From contig NC_134473.1 of assembly GCF_964194025.1 (NCBI RefSeq), positions 27,404,001-27,468,000 on the forward strand: 64,000 nt of DNA, given 5' to 3'. Below are positions 62,936 through 64,000 of this stretch, piece after piece; position 1 is the stretch's first letter; every line of letters begins with the position of its first letter. Made by a program: the position numbers and the translations under genes. The stretch comes from Convolutriloba macropyga (taxonomy: Eukaryota). The notes beneath the pieces were generated by a model. That model did no database searches. It had not been told where the DNA came from and worked only from the letters and a program-made list of their open reading frames with translations.

Positions 62936-64000
62936 GTAAGGTTTTTTATCTCCGAAATTTTTTCTTTAAACATTTTGTTGCAAACTATAAAAATAATAGT
63001 TTTGGTAAAGTTTCATGGCGTGACTTCAAATTTTCCTGATTTCTATAAAGCAATAATTAATAAAATAAAAATTTTAGATTTGTCCCAATTCGTAATAATC
63101 ATAAGTGTAATTTCTCTTTATCCTTAATGATTGTAAACGTGCATTGTCTCTTTTGAAATAATAATTTTGTAATATTGTATAAATTACTCATCTGATAATA
63201 ACTGTAAAATACACTGCATGGAACTTTACACAAGTCTGTAAATACTCAGATAATTCAGTGTTTCTTTTTTCATTTCCCTTGTCTACTTCCCGATACAGAA
63301 ACCATAATATCCTCTTATCTAACATCCATTCGATTTGCTATTGTGGTTACATCGATGTGCAAGTTTTGTTATTACCTATTGTCATTTTCGATAGATGTTG
63401 ATTTGATGTCGGTTCTTTTGTGTGTTCCTTTTTTTCGATACTTTAACTGGCTTTAATATCATGTTTACAACCTGCTTCAGGTATTGCTCCTGAGTAACAG
63501 GTATTGCAAAAACTTCAATCCATTATGCGGTCATTTCAATTGCTCGCGAACGAAGTTTGAAGCAATTATTGTAAACGTGTGTGTATCCTGTATGCAAAAT
63601 TATTGCTTGACCATTTTTGCGCTTTTCATCGCAAATATTCTTTGACTTCTTAAGTGACCTTTTTACGCTTCTCTGCTTTATTTTTGAGTGATCTCATTTG
63701 CTCCCACTCCGAAGTAAAGTAAAAGCGATTGTAGCAGAGGAGCCTTCAAGGGCGTGAAAGCCGAGTGATGAATGCTTCTGTTAAGATGTTGGTCGGGAGG
63801 TTTTCGCGCCCATTAAAAAATATATAGGCACTTGAATTAAATTGTCATAACGAATTGCTCAGCTCCTTGTATTTTTATTTTGTCTCTTCAGTTTTAGACG
63901 AGCATGAATTTATCATAGAATTTTGGGCGAGCATGAGTTGGTCATAGATTTTTGTCATTTGTATCTTGGGTGAGTCCATGGTGCCTAGGTGCCTAGAGCA

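Noticed and set aside
63730-63830. GTGATGA box C-like motif in the FKBP8 intron
   Set aside because: No box D (CTGA) or terminal stem at a suitable distance
1-64000. CRISPR arrays, tRNA/rRNA genes, prokaryotic operons or defence systems
   Set aside because: The sequence is intron-containing eukaryotic DNA; no repeat-spacer array, cloverleaf or rRNA-like segment was recognised by eye

Overview
AT-rich eukaryotic (metazoan-like) draft-assembly DNA with spliceosomal GT-AG introns and two N-gaps; the species cannot be named from the sequence. Four genes lie on the + strand: a complete 7-exon exportin-7 gene (XPO7, 1091 aa), an RSRC1-like SR protein (2 exons, 236 aa), PDCD5 (2 exons, 124 aa) and the 5' part of an FKBP8-like gene with a ~740-aa acidic N-terminus. 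The largest structure is a ~24 kb head-to-tail triplication (19277-43268, units ~7.6-8.75 kb, ~1% diverged in the exons) of the last two XPO7 exons plus an antisense Ty3/Gypsy relic. Copy 2 has a nonsense codon and copy 3 is still open. Introns are filled by a non-autonomous Helentron/HINE (DINE-1-like) family with subterminal inverted repeats, a 3' hairpin, a TT target, an empty/filled site pair and probable 3' flank transduction. Also present are a GG...CC MITE family with 8-bp TSDs, a second short repeat family and two decayed LINEs. Each gene has an unpaired TTTCAG acceptor just upstream of its ATG and PDCD5-FKBP8 spacing is very short, which raises a testable hypothesis of a trans-spliced, operon-like cluster. 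Gene identities rest on recalled protein motifs; no database search was run.
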